Origin: a virus
Direction: 5' to 3' (one strand)
DNA length: 64,000 nt
Virus record (IMG/VR): IMGVR_UViG_3300045988_126550
Coordinates: 1-64,000 of that record
Under the pieces are notes generated by a model, which worked only from the letters and a program-made list of their open reading frames with translations, had not been told where the DNA came from and ran no database searches. Each line of letters starts with the position of its first letter. Position 1 is the first letter of the stretch. Below are positions 1 to 9,631 of this stretch, in pieces. A program made the position numbers and the translations under genes.

Positions 1-698
1 ATTTTTTTTGTATCTATCATGCCGGAATAACATCCAGCAAGTAGATGGTCTGCATTATTGATAATTTGTAGGCGAGCCAAATCATCAAAAAATTCCACAA
101 ATCCCTCATTTCTCACATAATCCTTCGTATATCCCATACGAACCTTTACAGAGGAAATAAGCGGCAACAGATATGATTTAAAAGGCTTTTCTTGATTTAG
201 CCTAATTTTCATTCTGTCTTCATCTATAAGGATTTGTTTAGTTGTCTTATTTGCCGCACGTTCTATTTTTGGCGTAATATTATGAACCTTTCTTAAATAA
301 TTTACAATTCTTAAATAAATTAACTTATCAATCTTTACACCAGATTCTAAATCCGCCAAAACAATATCACCATTTTCCTTATTTCTATATGGTTTTAATT
401 TAGTAAAATCTAAATCACCAAATAGCAATTCAGTGTTTTCTTTTGATAACGTTGGGGCAAGCATCATAAACAACTCAAAATCTTCAATCTCCATCCAATC
501 TAAACCCATATCCCAAAGCTTGGATTTAAGGTCGCTAGGAATGGCTGTTAAAGTATGAACAACACTAAAATATTTTGCTTCACCAAAATCTACGATATCT
601 CCAATTTTTGCCTGTTTAATTTTTATTTTATCATTGATAATATAATCGTCTCCAAAATATAATTGGAGAGGATCTACTTCAAAAATATCAGAACTCAT
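1..698 (-). CDS. hypothetical protein, partial (3' end lies beyond window start)
   Basis: Own minus-strand translation: ATG 698-696, GAGGA SD 6 nt upstream, open to nt 1 (MSSDIFEVDPLQLYFGDDYIINDK...). Absent from the track because there is no stop in the window. Confidence 0.55.
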   Translation of the reverse strand, partial: MSSDIFEVDPLQLYFGDDYIINDKIKIKQAKIGDIVDFGEAKYFSVVHTLTAIPSDLKSKLWDMGLDWMEIEDFELFMMLAPTLSKENTELLFGDLDFTKLKPYRNKENGDIVLADLESGVKIDKLIYLRIVNYLRKVHNITPKIERAANKTTKQILIDEDRMKIRLNQEKPFKSYLLPLISSVKVRMGYTKDYVRNEGFVEFFDDLARLQIINNADHLLAGCYSGMIDTKK

Positions 699-1200
699 AT
701 TTGTTCCTCGTTACAGCTTTATTTAGAGAATTAGTTCTGGTAAGCTCAAATTTTAAAGTACGAGTGGAGTACGCAGTGTCCGTTACTCCCTCTTTGTTGT
801 ATATCAATTTTGCTTGCATACCGAACATATTAGACCATCCAAAAATATCACGAATTAAATACCCAAGTAAATCATGTCGCTCAATTCCATATGGAGTTTT
901 AATATCATCCGCATGACAAAACACAACAAATTGTACATATTGAATTTTCATGACACTATTATATTGATGGTCTTCTATGTCATCCACACTAAAGCATATA
1001 AAATTTCTTGCAACATCCTGCACCTCTGGCACTCGAATATATGCAAAGATATTTGTGTTTAAATAATCATCTGGGCTTGAAGGATCTAGTTCACGATTAT
1101 TTAACGCCTCAATAATATCTGGATCTGATGTAAGTTTTTGACGAATTAAACGTTTCATACTAGACACATCATCATCAATATTTTGAATATCTCTAATCAT
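688..1200 (-). CDS. hypothetical protein (virion-module neighbourhood)
   Basis: Track ORF 170 aa; start abuts the stop of the upstream ORF; no motif recognised. Confidence 0.6.
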   Translation of the reverse strand: MIRDIQNIDDDVSSMKRLIRQKLTSDPDIIEALNNRELDPSSPDDYLNTNIFAYIRVPEVQDVARNFICFSVDDIEDHQYNSVMKIQYVQFVVFCHADDIKTPYGIERHDLLGYLIRDIFGWSNMFGMQAKLIYNKEGVTDTAYSTRTLKFELTRTNSLNKAVTRNKYEF

Positions 1201-2483
1201 TAACTAATCACCTCCATAACCGTTTCTGTTGCGTACTTACCATCTTTGTTTGCGGCCGACACAACAATTTTTTTACCAACCATGCTATACAATTGTAAAC
1301 AACGTAATTTAAGAGCATTCCAATTATCTTCTGCTGGTGCAACATTAATTTTAAATATTTCTTCTCCATTGACACTACACGTAACATCACATGCATCAAC
1401 ATCCGATGGCGTAGAAACATCGTCTCTAAAACTTAAATCAGATAGCATGACATTAGAAGGGCAATCGTCAGATGGTTCAATTTCCCAATCATCATTATGA
1501 TAATGAAGATTAATAGAGCATAATAACTGGTTATCATTCATAAATGACAATTTCCATATTGGCTTATCTGCAACATATACTAAATTAAATGCATCCCAAA
1601 ACTCTGCCGTAAATACCTTAGAACTACCGCCAACACGCAATGTGGCATCTTTGCCATTATAAGTAATTCTCCCCGTCGGGGATTCTTCCTCTGGCATTTC
1701 AAGTCCGGCATCAATATAATGAGGCTCTTTTAATCTACAATATTGGCAAATTTCGTTTTTAGTAATGTCGTGCTCTTTATTCGTACACCAATTTGCTAAG
1801 CCATATTTCCCACAGTCTTCCTGCATTGTCGCTTGGACTTGTTTAAATGTCAAACGTGTAATACCAACCGGGATTGTATCTAATACCTTAGATAATTCCC
1901 ACGCTAAAGGTACCTTCCTTCCGCTATCATAAATCAATACACGTTGATTATAACTAAGCGTTTGCGTATATGGAGTTGTTGGTAATAGCATGATGGTTTG
2001 ATCTTCTGGCGTAGTAAAAATATAATCAGTCCAAAGACCAGAGTTATAAGAACTCTGCGTTCTCTGTACACACTCACACTTATAAACTTTATCTTCATGT
2101 ACCCATTTTAATGTCCAGTTACACTTTAATACATAATACATATGAAATTGTGGTTGATGATCATCAAGAATGACGAGCCATCTTTGTAATTCACCCGCAT
2201 CATCTGGGATATCAACATATGACCCAACAGGAATCTTAACATGAGGTCTAAATTGTAGCTTATATACTTCTTCGTCACCGCTTATTGAACGGCGCGTATC
2301 AATAATAAACTTAGCGTCTAGTTTTTTTAATTCAATTCCGTTTGGCACAGAAGTGACAAAAACCTCACGATATGCAGGGTCTCGCTTGAAGGTGGCGTTG
2401 ATCGTACTATCGGCATTGCGCAAATAAGCATCGCATTGACATTTCCCTAATCTTTCCATACGAGTTTTAAATGAATCAAGCAT
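1200..2483 (-). CDS. hypothetical protein, ~427 aa (virion-module neighbourhood)
   Basis: Track ORF 1200..2495. ATG 2483 preferred (GGTGA SD; ATGCTTGA overlap with the stop of 2476..2778). Confidence 0.6.
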   Translation of the reverse strand: MLDSFKTRMERLGKCQCDAYLRNADSTINATFKRDPAYREVFVTSVPNGIELKKLDAKFIIDTRRSISGDEEVYKLQFRPHVKIPVGSYVDIPDDAGELQRWLVILDDHQPQFHMYYVLKCNWTLKWVHEDKVYKCECVQRTQSSYNSGLWTDYIFTTPEDQTIMLLPTTPYTQTLSYNQRVLIYDSGRKVPLAWELSKVLDTIPVGITRLTFKQVQATMQEDCGKYGLANWCTNKEHDITKNEICQYCRLKEPHYIDAGLEMPEEESPTGRITYNGKDATLRVGGSSKVFTAEFWDAFNLVYVADKPIWKLSFMNDNQLLCSINLHYHNDDWEIEPSDDCPSNVMLSDLSFRDDVSTPSDVDACDVTCSVNGEEIFKINVAPAEDNWNALKLRCLQLYSMVGKKIVVSAANKDGKYATETVMEVIS

Positions 2484-2778
2484 TATCATCACCATCTTTC
2501 AAGGCATTAACTAAATTAGCCGCATCAAGTATAGCCTTGCGGAACTGAGAAGGATCCCTTCGTGCTGTCTCTAAACAACTAATAATAGTCAATATTTCTG
2601 GCTGATAATTAAACATTTTATTTAATCCACTTATTTGATTAATCAATGATTGCATATGGGCATCTAAAAAAGGGTATTCATTCTCTTTTTGATAAAGACA
2701 ACTAATAATTGCTCCATATAAATAACGTTTTTGCTCTATAATCTGCATTTGAGGGATATCTCCATAAATAGTATTCAT
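2476..2778 (-). CDS. hypothetical protein, 100 aa
   Basis: Track ORF 2476..2829. ATG 2778 preferred (GAGGGAGGA SD 7 nt upstream; removes the overlap with 2792..3211). Confidence 0.6.
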   Translation of the reverse strand: MNTIYGDIPQMQIIEQKRYLYGAIISCLYQKENEYPFLDAHMQSLINQISGLNKMFNYQPEILTIISCLETARRDPSQFRKAILDAANLVNALKDGDDNA

Positions 2779-2791
2779 AGTAATTCCTCCC

Positions 2792-3211
2792 TCAAGTCCA
2801 ATACGAACCATATCCATATGTATAATCACGGCTTAGCCTTTGCGCTTCTAACTTCATTTTTTCATCCAACGCTATTAATTCCGCAAGATGCTGAGACTGA
2901 GAATAATATTTCTGCTCTTTATCAGCAAAAACTTGCTTAGTCAATAAAACAGAATTAACTTGCGGCTCAAGCCACTGCCTCACAACTAAAATTGCAAGAA
3001 TTTCCTTCTCTACATCTAATAAATCTACGTTAAATTGCTTATTCTCTTCATCTCGATTAGAAAGGTCATTTTTGCATTTTCTAAATTGTGAAATAGCGCT
3101 CATAAGCCATCCATGGAACATATCTTCCAAATCTTCCTCTGGAAGTAATGCAAGATCTGGGTCTTCAATTTTAGAAGCAGCTCTTTCATAAATTTCAGAA
3201 AAAGGAGTCAT
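2792..3211 (-). CDS. hypothetical protein, 139 aa
   Basis: Track ORF; same strand, just downstream of the capsid gene block. Confidence 0.55.
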   Translation of the reverse strand: MTPFSEIYERAASKIEDPDLALLPEEDLEDMFHGWLMSAISQFRKCKNDLSNRDEENKQFNVDLLDVEKEILAILVVRQWLEPQVNSVLLTKQVFADKEQKYYSQSQHLAELIALDEKMKLEAQRLSRDYTYGYGSYWT

Positions 3212-3225
3212 TTAAATAACCCCCT

Positions 3226-3759
3226 TTACTCAATCATTAATTTTAACTCTGTGCCAAGAATTTCATCCAGTGCGTTAATCTTTGCAATACTATCTAAAGA
3301 ACCATTACGAATTTTATCCCCAGCAATATTCTTGATAGAATCTTTAAATCCAACAGGAATCTCACGGAGTCTTTTCTTAAACTGATTAATAGGTAGATTG
3401 AATAAATTATCGACATCTAGTGCAGCAACCTTTGCGTAAAGGGCCTTAAGTTCGGGCCACTGTTCAAGTAACTCTTCGTCCTCAATTACAAAATACGGGG
3501 CATTTAGATAAGCAGACCTAGTAGACCTAAGAGCTTGGAGATCTTGAAATTCTACCTCAGTAGCATCACCATAATCTGCCCATGTGTATAGTAATTGAGA
3601 CTTCTTGCCGGGTAATAGCAGTTCTCCGAACGTCACAGACTTGCACAAAATAACATCATCTTGCGCGAATTTACGAGGAGCCTTTTTCTTGGGTTCTTCC
3701 TTGATAATTTCTTCAGTAGGAGCCTCAGGCTCTACCTTCTTGGTTCTTGTATTTGCCAT
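3226..3759 (-). CDS. hypothetical protein, 177 aa, Lys/Glu-rich N-terminus
   Basis: Track ORF; AAAGGAGAA SD; preceded by motif copy 3786..3800. Confidence 0.6.
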   Translation of the reverse strand: MANTRTKKVEPEAPTEEIIKEEPKKKAPRKFAQDDVILCKSVTFGELLLPGKKSQLLYTWADYGDATEVEFQDLQALRSTRSAYLNAPYFVIEDEELLEQWPELKALYAKVAALDVDNLFNLPINQFKKRLREIPVGFKDSIKNIAGDKIRNGSLDSIAKINALDEILGTELKLMIE

Positions 3760-3785
3760 ATTAAATTTCTCCTTTTATCCTAATA

Positions 3786-3800
3786 ATTAATTTTGTATTG
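3786..3800 (-). promoter_or_regulatory. conserved intergenic motif copy (consensus CAATACAAAATTAAT)
   Basis: Gene-strand CAATACAAAATTAAT, 6 nt after the capsid exon-2 stop, upstream of 3226..3759. Confidence 0.7.
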
Positions 3801-3806
3801 TTTAAA

Positions 3807-3893
3807 TTACTTAACAATCTTCCACATACCAAACTTCTGGTTAGTGATAACACTAAGGCCCATCTTGGTCTGTACCTCGTAATCATATGTCAT
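3807..3893 (-). CDS. major capsid protein, exon 2 (28 codons + stop)
   Basis: Own translation MTYDYEVQTKMGLSVITNQKFGMWKIVK*, in frame with exon 1 once intron 3894..5022 is removed. Below the 60-aa track cutoff. Confidence 0.7.
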   Translation of the reverse strand: MTYDYEVQTKMGLSVITNQKFGMWKIVK

Positions 3894-3902
3894 CCGTTAT
3901 GT

Positions 3903-4595
3903 TTAACAATTTTTACTTTCAACTTTTATCCATGATAATGGTTCGCCTGTAATTGGATGTTTGCCAGCGTGTTTTAAATGCCCATTTGCGCAACTAGTAA
4001 CATGACTTCTAGAAATGCCATATTTATTTTCTACATCTTTTGCACCCCAAAATGATTCATGTAATTCTGGACAATACAAAGGGACTGTTGCTCTTGGATT
4101 ATTTTTACCATTTACGTCTGCATGATTTACTGACATCTTACTTTTTGTTTCTTCTGTTATAACTCTTTCGTGGTTTGCTTTTCCTATCTTTGCTCGATGT
4201 TCCTCAGTAAAAATTCTTCCTTTAAGAGCTTCGCTAATTTTTAATCTTGTTTGTTCTGACATTGTTTTAATATCACGCGAACCTCCCGGTTCAATATTGT
4301 AACCAAAATCTTCATTGTCGGATTTGTAAAATGATATATAATAACGTTCACGCTCATCCAAATGCGCAGCATCGCACTCTTCTATGATATTAAATGTAAA
4401 ATTTTCAATACCATATTTATTGACCGCAAATTGCAAATGTCTATTTTTATGCTTATTGTGTTTAAGTTTAGTTTTATGTCCATATAGCCTATCTTTTAAA
4501 TTAACAGATTGACCAATGTATTTCTTCCCATTTATAATATTTTCGATACAATAAATACCAATTCGCTTTTCCACATTATCACCACCTTTTATCAT
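3903..4595 (-). CDS. GIY-YIG homing endonuclease (I-TevI-like: GIY-YIG + NUMOD3-type repeats + IENR1-like HTH)
   Basis: GIYCIENIINGKKYIGQSVNLKDRLYGHK... motif string. Repeated ..T.E.R.KIS/G modules. GTG 4574 with a GGTGGTGA SD is an alternative start. Lies inside the intron. Confidence 0.85.
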   Translation of the reverse strand: MIKGGDNVEKRIGIYCIENIINGKKYIGQSVNLKDRLYGHKTKLKHNKHKNRHLQFAVNKYGIENFTFNIIEECDAAHLDERERYYISFYKSDNEDFGYNIEPGGSRDIKTMSEQTRLKISEALKGRIFTEEHRAKIGKANHERVITEETKSKMSVNHADVNGKNNPRATVPLYCPELHESFWGAKDVENKYGISRSHVTSCANGHLKHAGKHPITGEPLSWIKVESKNC

Positions 4596-4769
4596 AATAT
4601 TAAAGTTGAAAGTAAATATAGGGCGCTACCCCTTGTTGACCTTTCGATCCTCTATTTTTCAATAGAGCGCAGACTATATCTTCACCCTTGCGGGTGTGTA
4701 CCACTTCCACATATCAATCGCTTATATGTGTACTTCCTTTCGGAATAGTCGTTGAACCTTTTCCAGCAT

Positions 4770-4799
4770 ATATTATATATAATAATTTTGTATTGTCAA
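4770..4799 (-). promoter_or_regulatory. sigma-A-like promoter inside intron (TTGACA-N18-TAATAT), motif in spacer
   Basis: Gene strand TTGACAATACAAAATTATTATATATAATAT; upstream of the GIY-YIG ORF. Confidence 0.5.
4781..4795 (-). promoter_or_regulatory. conserved intergenic motif copy
   Basis: Gene-strand CAATACAAAATTATT, overlapping the -35/spacer of the intron-internal promoter. Confidence 0.6.
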
Positions 4800-5022
4800 T
4801 TAGCAAAACGTACAATAATATATGCTAAAACTTGGCTGCTGATTATCCATTCTTACAGTGTTTAGGGTTTAACCTTGCACTATCTTAATACTTTTTTCCA
4901 CTTTCGCAGCATTCACGCTTAGTATTTAAACTTACGTTGTAGCGTATTAAGCTTTAGGAGTTTCCAGCAATTCGATACATTATTTCTCATACTCATTTCT
5001 GAATACGTGGACTATGTTGTTA

Positions 5023-6024
5023 ATCCATATGAGTTCCAGCATCCTGAACCTGATACATTTGAGTGTCACCTTCATAAACTAGCTTGATGAAAGGCTCGAC
5101 ACCAACAGGCATAATAAACAGAATATCATTGGCAATTAGATACTGAGTGGTATCGTTAAGCTTAAAGCCGTTCTTGAGTTCCACAAGTCTAATTCCTTCC
5201 CAATAACCAAACTTACCAGTAGTGTACTTCTCATCCTTCATGCTACCAGAAGCCCATTCAACCTTAGTAAGATCAAACACACTAGCAAGAGCAGCGCGAG
5301 TACCCATAATAACGACTTCGGAATCAGATGCCATACCAACATCCATACATAGAGTACGTAGGGTTTCCTTGGTTGCATCACTTAGAGCAGAAGACTTATA
5401 CCACTGAGCGCCTAGAGTAGTACCAACACCCATTAGGGCCTCATATAGAGCCTGATTGACATAACGATCAAACGCTTCAGTAATCTTACCAACTAGAGTT
5501 GCGAAATCTTCAACACCAGTAAGTAGTCTTTCAAATTCTGCATAAACCTTAAGGCCATACCAGCTAGTCTCGACGCTAAAGGTCTTGCCAGCCCCTAGTC
5601 TCTGTCTAATAATATCGTGATGATTGCCAGAAACCTTCATAACAGAAAGAACACTCTGATCCGGGCAATAGAACTCGTTCTTATCGCCAAGTGCTAGATT
5701 ACGAATTTCGACGAACTCCTTGAAGAAAGGATTCTCCTGCCAGCCACTAACTAGAGCATCATCAATAACGACCTCAATCAGATCAAAAAGAACTGCCTGA
5801 TTTCTACGAATACCTCTACGAATTTCTGCCTTGGTGGACTTTTCGTCACAACCAATAACATTGCGGAAAATCTCAACAATCTTCTGATTTGCTTCCTTTA
5901 CGGAAATGCCATCTAGAGCATTGTGAGCATAGTCAAGCATTAGCTTATTAAAAGCATTATAGTCATTTTCATTATTGTCAAATACATTCTTAACATTCAT
6001 ATCAAACTGCATAAACTTAGCCAT
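5023..6024 (-). CDS. major capsid protein, exon 1 (334 codons)
   Basis: Track ORF 5020..6045. ATG 6024 preferred (AAAGGAGGAAA SD). Position after the portal and scaffold genes, and size, fit a capsid protein. The in-frame TAA 5022-5020 is the first triplet of the intron. Confidence 0.7.
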
Positions 6025-6053
6025 AATTATTTCCTCCTTTCTCAATTTTCAAA

Positions 6054-6581
6054 TTACGCGCCTAGACTTACGACATTGAGTCTGTAAGAAACGCTATTAG
6101 TGTGGTTAACCTTCTCAACGATCTGAAGAACAATGCCAGTCTTAGGAGCGGCGTTAGCTTCCTTATAAAGACCATTCTCAATCTCTACATAATTACCAAC
6201 AACGGGGGCAGTATCTAGAGCAGTAATAGCATTAGCAGAAACGGTGAAAATATCATCAACATATAGTTCATAAGCTCTTGCAACTTCACCAGTAGCATTA
6301 TAGAAATATCTTTCCTCTTGGTAAGAACGTCTATCGGAATTATATCCAATAGGAGGAGTGAGTACTAGGTAGGGCTTCTTACCAGCAGCATAATCTGCGG
6401 AATCAAAAACCTGTGCCTCAACCCATGCACCTCTAGTAACAATAGAACCATTGTCTAAATCCTTGTGGCACTTCATAGATAGAATATGACCAGCGCCGGT
6501 AGCCTTCAGTAGAGAACTTTCAGCAACAACGTGCTCAGTTCCGATAATTTTATCAAAAACATTTGCCATAACTAATTTCAT
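6054..6581 (-). CDS. hypothetical protein, 175 aa (capsid-associated by position; decoration or scaffold candidate)
   Basis: Track ORF, 8 nt upstream of the capsid gene. ATG 6569 (MANVF...) is an alternative start. Confidence 0.5.
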   Translation of the reverse strand: MKLVMANVFDKIIGTEHVVAESSLLKATGAGHILSMKCHKDLDNGSIVTRGAWVEAQVFDSADYAAGKKPYLVLTPPIGYNSDRRSYQEERYFYNATGEVARAYELYVDDIFTVSANAITALDTAPVVGNYVEIENGLYKEANAAPKTGIVLQIVEKVNHTNSVSYRLNVVSLGA

Positions 6582-6643
6582 CCTTTCATAATTTAAAATT
6601 GTTTTAATATAACAAAAGTCATTATTTACAACGACCTTAGTTT

Positions 6644-6658
6644 AATAATTTTGTATTA
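6644..6658 (-). promoter_or_regulatory. conserved intergenic motif copy
   Basis: Gene-strand TAATACAAAATTATT, directly after the stop of 6660..8381 and about 60 nt upstream of 6054..6581. Confidence 0.6.
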
Positions 6659-6659
6659 T

Positions 6660-8381
6660 TTAATCTTTCTTAAATAAATTACCATAAGCAGAAGCCTTTT
6701 TATCTTCCTTCTTACTAAAATTAAATCCAAGACTATGAGACTTCTTATCCTTCGCAGCAAACTGTGCCTTCTTTACACTAGCAGCGAATAGCAAATCACA
6801 CTTATTCTGAATCTCTTCGACAGAATACTTTTCGGAATCGTTCATAAGTGCCTTAAACTCATCAGATTCACGGATACTATCATATGCTTCATCTGCAAAA
6901 ATAGCATCTTTTGCGGCTTTCTGCTCTGCAGCATCATAATTATCCTTAAATGTCTTAAGCTCATTATATTTTTCTTCAAGTTCAGCATAATCACTACGCA
7001 GTTTTTCTACCGCAATCTTTTCAGATTCAGTCAATAGCATCTGGAACACTTCTGTACGCTCACCATCAAGAGATACATTTTCTCCATCAATAGCATAACC
7101 CTGTTTATAGAATTTCCCATTGCACCATCCCTGCATTATGAAGTAATTATCATAAACAGCATAAATTCCATACCATTCATTGTCTGCCTCTTCATATTCT
7201 CCAAGAAGATTATAAAGAGCATATCTGATATCCTCATGAGAAATTTCAATCTTAAAATTCTTTACAAAATTTTCACCCTTCTTCTTAGACTCGTCATCTT
7301 CAGTAGAAGCGCCTTCACCATCTTCTGGATCTTCATCTTCACTTGGCTCTGGTTCTGTTGGTTCTGGATCTGTAGGGTTTGTGCCTTCGCCATCGCCTTC
7401 ACTAGCGCTAGGATCTGTTTCTCCGGCGTCACCAGTATCAGAACCTGCATCGCCATCATCATCTGCATACTTCTTATTCTTAAATTCCTCAAAAGCTGCA
7501 TCTAACTGTTCATCCGACATGTTTTCATAATCAAAATCTAGCTCTTCTGCAGTAAAACCATACTTCTCTAGAAGTTCCTCAAAATGATTCATTTCTCTTC
7601 TCACTCCCTTCTCTGTATTGTTTTTATTGAAATTAGACAATGTGCTATCAAGCTTGTCTAATATTTCAACCAATTTTTCTTGATAATTAAATACAGGCTC
7701 CTTTTGACAGAAATCTGCAATATCAGCTCTTGCGCCAAGCATTCCTTCGCCTATTTCATTACCATGTTCATCACAGCCTAATAAAGTGCAACCACCGAAA
7801 TAAAAATCGGTCAAATCAAGATATTTCTCTTTGGCATTATAAGAAAGCTCATTGATAACCAATTCGCAGCTTACTTTTGTTCCATTCTTTCTACGAATGA
7901 TATTCGCAGCTTCAGTATATTCTTCAGGAATAACAGCATATGCATTAACATATGTCTTATCCTTTTCTTCATCATACTCAAGATAAGGATCTTCTGCCGT
8001 AAAACAACCAACTTGCTTTTCTGTATAAACTATCTTTTCATCACCATTTTCATCTTCTTCAATTTCCATATTGTGAGCATAAAAATCATATGTCCCATCA
8101 TCAAGTTGATGAATATATGCTAAGACAGGTCTATATTTTAAAGTAGGCATAGCGGTCTCCATATTTTCTTTAGAAATATGGCTCCCATTTCTATTGGTTT
8201 CGGTGTGACAAACTTTAAATTTTAATTTAAGCATCCCAGGCATATCATTATCAGATACTTCAAAATTTGCAGGAGTAGAAACAACAATCGGGTTGCCTTT
8301 TTCTTTTGAACTAAAATTAACAGACTTATTTTGTTCTACAAAGAACTGATATAAATTATCAAGCGTTAAAATTTTATGCAT
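6660..8381 (-). CDS. prohead protease/scaffold-like fusion candidate, 573 aa
   Basis: Lies between the portal and capsid genes. N-terminal ..NRNGSHISKENMETAMPTLKYRPVLAYIH resembles the start of HK97-type prohead proteases. Has an acidic low-complexity linker (PTDPEPTEPEPSEDEDPEDGEG) and a helical C-terminal half. AAAGGAGGAAA SD. Confidence 0.4.
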   Translation of the reverse strand: MHKILTLDNLYQFFVEQNKSVNFSSKEKGNPIVVSTPANFEVSDNDMPGMLKLKFKVCHTETNRNGSHISKENMETAMPTLKYRPVLAYIHQLDDGTYDFYAHNMEIEEDENGDEKIVYTEKQVGCFTAEDPYLEYDEEKDKTYVNAYAVIPEEYTEAANIIRRKNGTKVSCELVINELSYNAKEKYLDLTDFYFGGCTLLGCDEHGNEIGEGMLGARADIADFCQKEPVFNYQEKLVEILDKLDSTLSNFNKNNTEKGVRREMNHFEELLEKYGFTAEELDFDYENMSDEQLDAAFEEFKNKKYADDDGDAGSDTGDAGETDPSASEGDGEGTNPTDPEPTEPEPSEDEDPEDGEGASTEDDESKKKGENFVKNFKIEISHEDIRYALYNLLGEYEEADNEWYGIYAVYDNYFIMQGWCNGKFYKQGYAIDGENVSLDGERTEVFQMLLTESEKIAVEKLRSDYAELEEKYNELKTFKDNYDAAEQKAAKDAIFADEAYDSIRESDEFKALMNDSEKYSVEEIQNKCDLLFAASVKKAQFAAKDKKSHSLGFNFSKKEDKKASAYGNLFKKD

Positions 8382-8417
8382 GTAATTTCCTCCTTTCTTG
8401 CAGAATAACTATAAACT

Positions 8418-8609
8418 CTAAAAAAGAGATTGCAGACATAAAATATTAGTAAATGCAATCTTATCATTGCATTCAGAAAAATTAAAAGACGTGGGGCATT
8501 CATTAAGAAATACCCACACGCCATTAGAATTATTAACTTGTTTAAATATAGTAGATAGCTTTTTAGCCACCTGCTCATCTTGAGTTATAATAAATTTTTT
8601 CTGGCTCAT
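8418..8609 (-). CDS. hypothetical protein, 63 aa
   Basis: Track ORF; AAAGGAGG SD immediately after motif copy 8627..8641. Confidence 0.55.
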   Translation of the reverse strand: MSQKKFIITQDEQVAKKLSTIFKQVNNSNGVWVFLNECPTSFNFSECNDKIAFTNILCLQSLF

Positions 8610-8626
8610 AGAGCTACCTCCTTTAA

Positions 8627-8641
8627 ATTAATTTTGTATTA
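8627..8641 (-). promoter_or_regulatory. conserved intergenic motif copy (overlaps the last codons of the HNH gene)
   Basis: Gene-strand TAATACAAAATTAAT encodes ..I-Q-N-stop of 8628..9530 and is followed by AAAGGAGG. Confidence 0.65.
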
Positions 8642-9530
8642 TATGGGATTTATCTGGTTGTTCTGGATCATCAGCATAAAACCATCGAAATCCTCCTGCT
8701 GTTTTATAATTCTTTTTATGTTTACAACAACCAATAATTTGTGTATCATCTATCCCAGTTTCTCGTTTTATTTCTTTGGCACCATACCACGTTTTAATAA
8801 AAAGATCTCCATCATATTGATTAATGACTTTAGATAATTTACTTCTTTTCCCTGTTAAATGATTTTCTGGATTTTTATAACGTTCTTTTGCCTTATCTCT
8901 TAATATTTGACGAGATTCTTGAGAAAGATGTCTGCCATACATTGGGTTATTTTCTGGATTTTGATATCTCTCTTTTGTTCTCATACTTATTTTATTTTTT
9001 GTTTCTTGAGAATGATGCGTACCATACCTAGGATTATTTTCTCCTACATAATACATAGATTTATATTCATAAGCACATTCCGCTGAACAAAAAACACGAC
9101 GATTTCCATTTCTATTATATTTTTCATAATCATATGGAGTAACATTAATTTCTTCTCCACAATTAGTACAATTTGTAGTAATTCTGTTATACCAATAATT
9201 TTTTTCTCCAGAAATTGATTCAACAAAAGCAATCCTAGCTTCTTCATATTCGTCAGGTGTTAATTCATATAATTCTTGCTTGTCGCTTCCTTTTATGTGA
9301 CTCATCATCCACCATGCCGAAACCAACTTTTTATTATCTGGATTTTCCAATGCCAATAAACGATGAGCTTCAAAATGTTCTTTAGCATATAAATCAATTA
9401 GATTATTTTCATCATTTGTCCCACCGCAAGATTTTGGTAAAATATGATGTCGCTCATGATATTCATCACCACAAGCAAATCTTCCTCTACTATCAAGTAT
9501 GTTATTAATAAACTCTTCATATGTTTTCAT
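8628..9530 (-). CDS. HNH homing endonuclease with NUMOD3-type repeats and one IENR1-like HTH
   Basis: HERHHILPKSCGGTNDENNLIDLYAKEHFEAH (HNH). GENNPRYG / ENNPMYG repeats. C-terminal ..AGGFRWFY module. ATG 9530 preferred (AAGGGAGG SD) over the track start 9596. Confidence 0.85.
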   Translation of the reverse strand: MKTYEEFINNILDSRGRFACGDEYHERHHILPKSCGGTNDENNLIDLYAKEHFEAHRLLALENPDNKKLVSAWWMMSHIKGSDKQELYELTPDEYEEARIAFVESISGEKNYWYNRITTNCTNCGEEINVTPYDYEKYNRNGNRRVFCSAECAYEYKSMYYVGENNPRYGTHHSQETKNKISMRTKERYQNPENNPMYGRHLSQESRQILRDKAKERYKNPENHLTGKRSKLSKVINQYDGDLFIKTWYGAKEIKRETGIDDTQIIGCCKHKKNYKTAGGFRWFYADDPEQPDKSHIIQN

Positions 9531-9631
9531 AATATATCTGCCTCCCTTATAAGCATAAAGATAAAAGTGGTAAGAATATGATAAGGGCATATTCAACGGT
9601 TTGCAACCCGCTGTCCCACTTTTATAGCTAT

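Larger units (their letters stand above)
3894..5022 (-). mobile_element. group I intron (1129 nt) carrying a GIY-YIG homing endonuclease ORF
   Basis: Minus strand core elements: P-like AATTGCTGGAAACT (4972-4959), Q-like AATCAGCAGC (4844-4835), R-like GTTCAACGACTAT (4757-4745), S-like AAGATATAGTC (4682-4672). R GACTAT pairs with S ATAGTC (P7). GNRA hairpin CACCCGCAAGGGTG present. Exon UGGAU|UAA pairs with intron GUCCA (5012-5008), giving U.G at the 5' splice site. The intron ends in G (3894). Confidence 0.8.

Noticed and set aside
5020-5022. TAA as the genuine end of the major capsid protein
   Set aside because: The stop is followed by readable group I core elements, and an in-frame 28-codon continuation lies after a terminal G. 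The TAA is best read as the first triplet of the intron.
7236-7505. Track ORFs 7236..7505 (+) and 7262..7501 (-) inside the 573-aa gene
   Set aside because: They fall in the acidic low-complexity linker (GAA/GAT-rich), where alternative frames stay open by composition. They have no SD.
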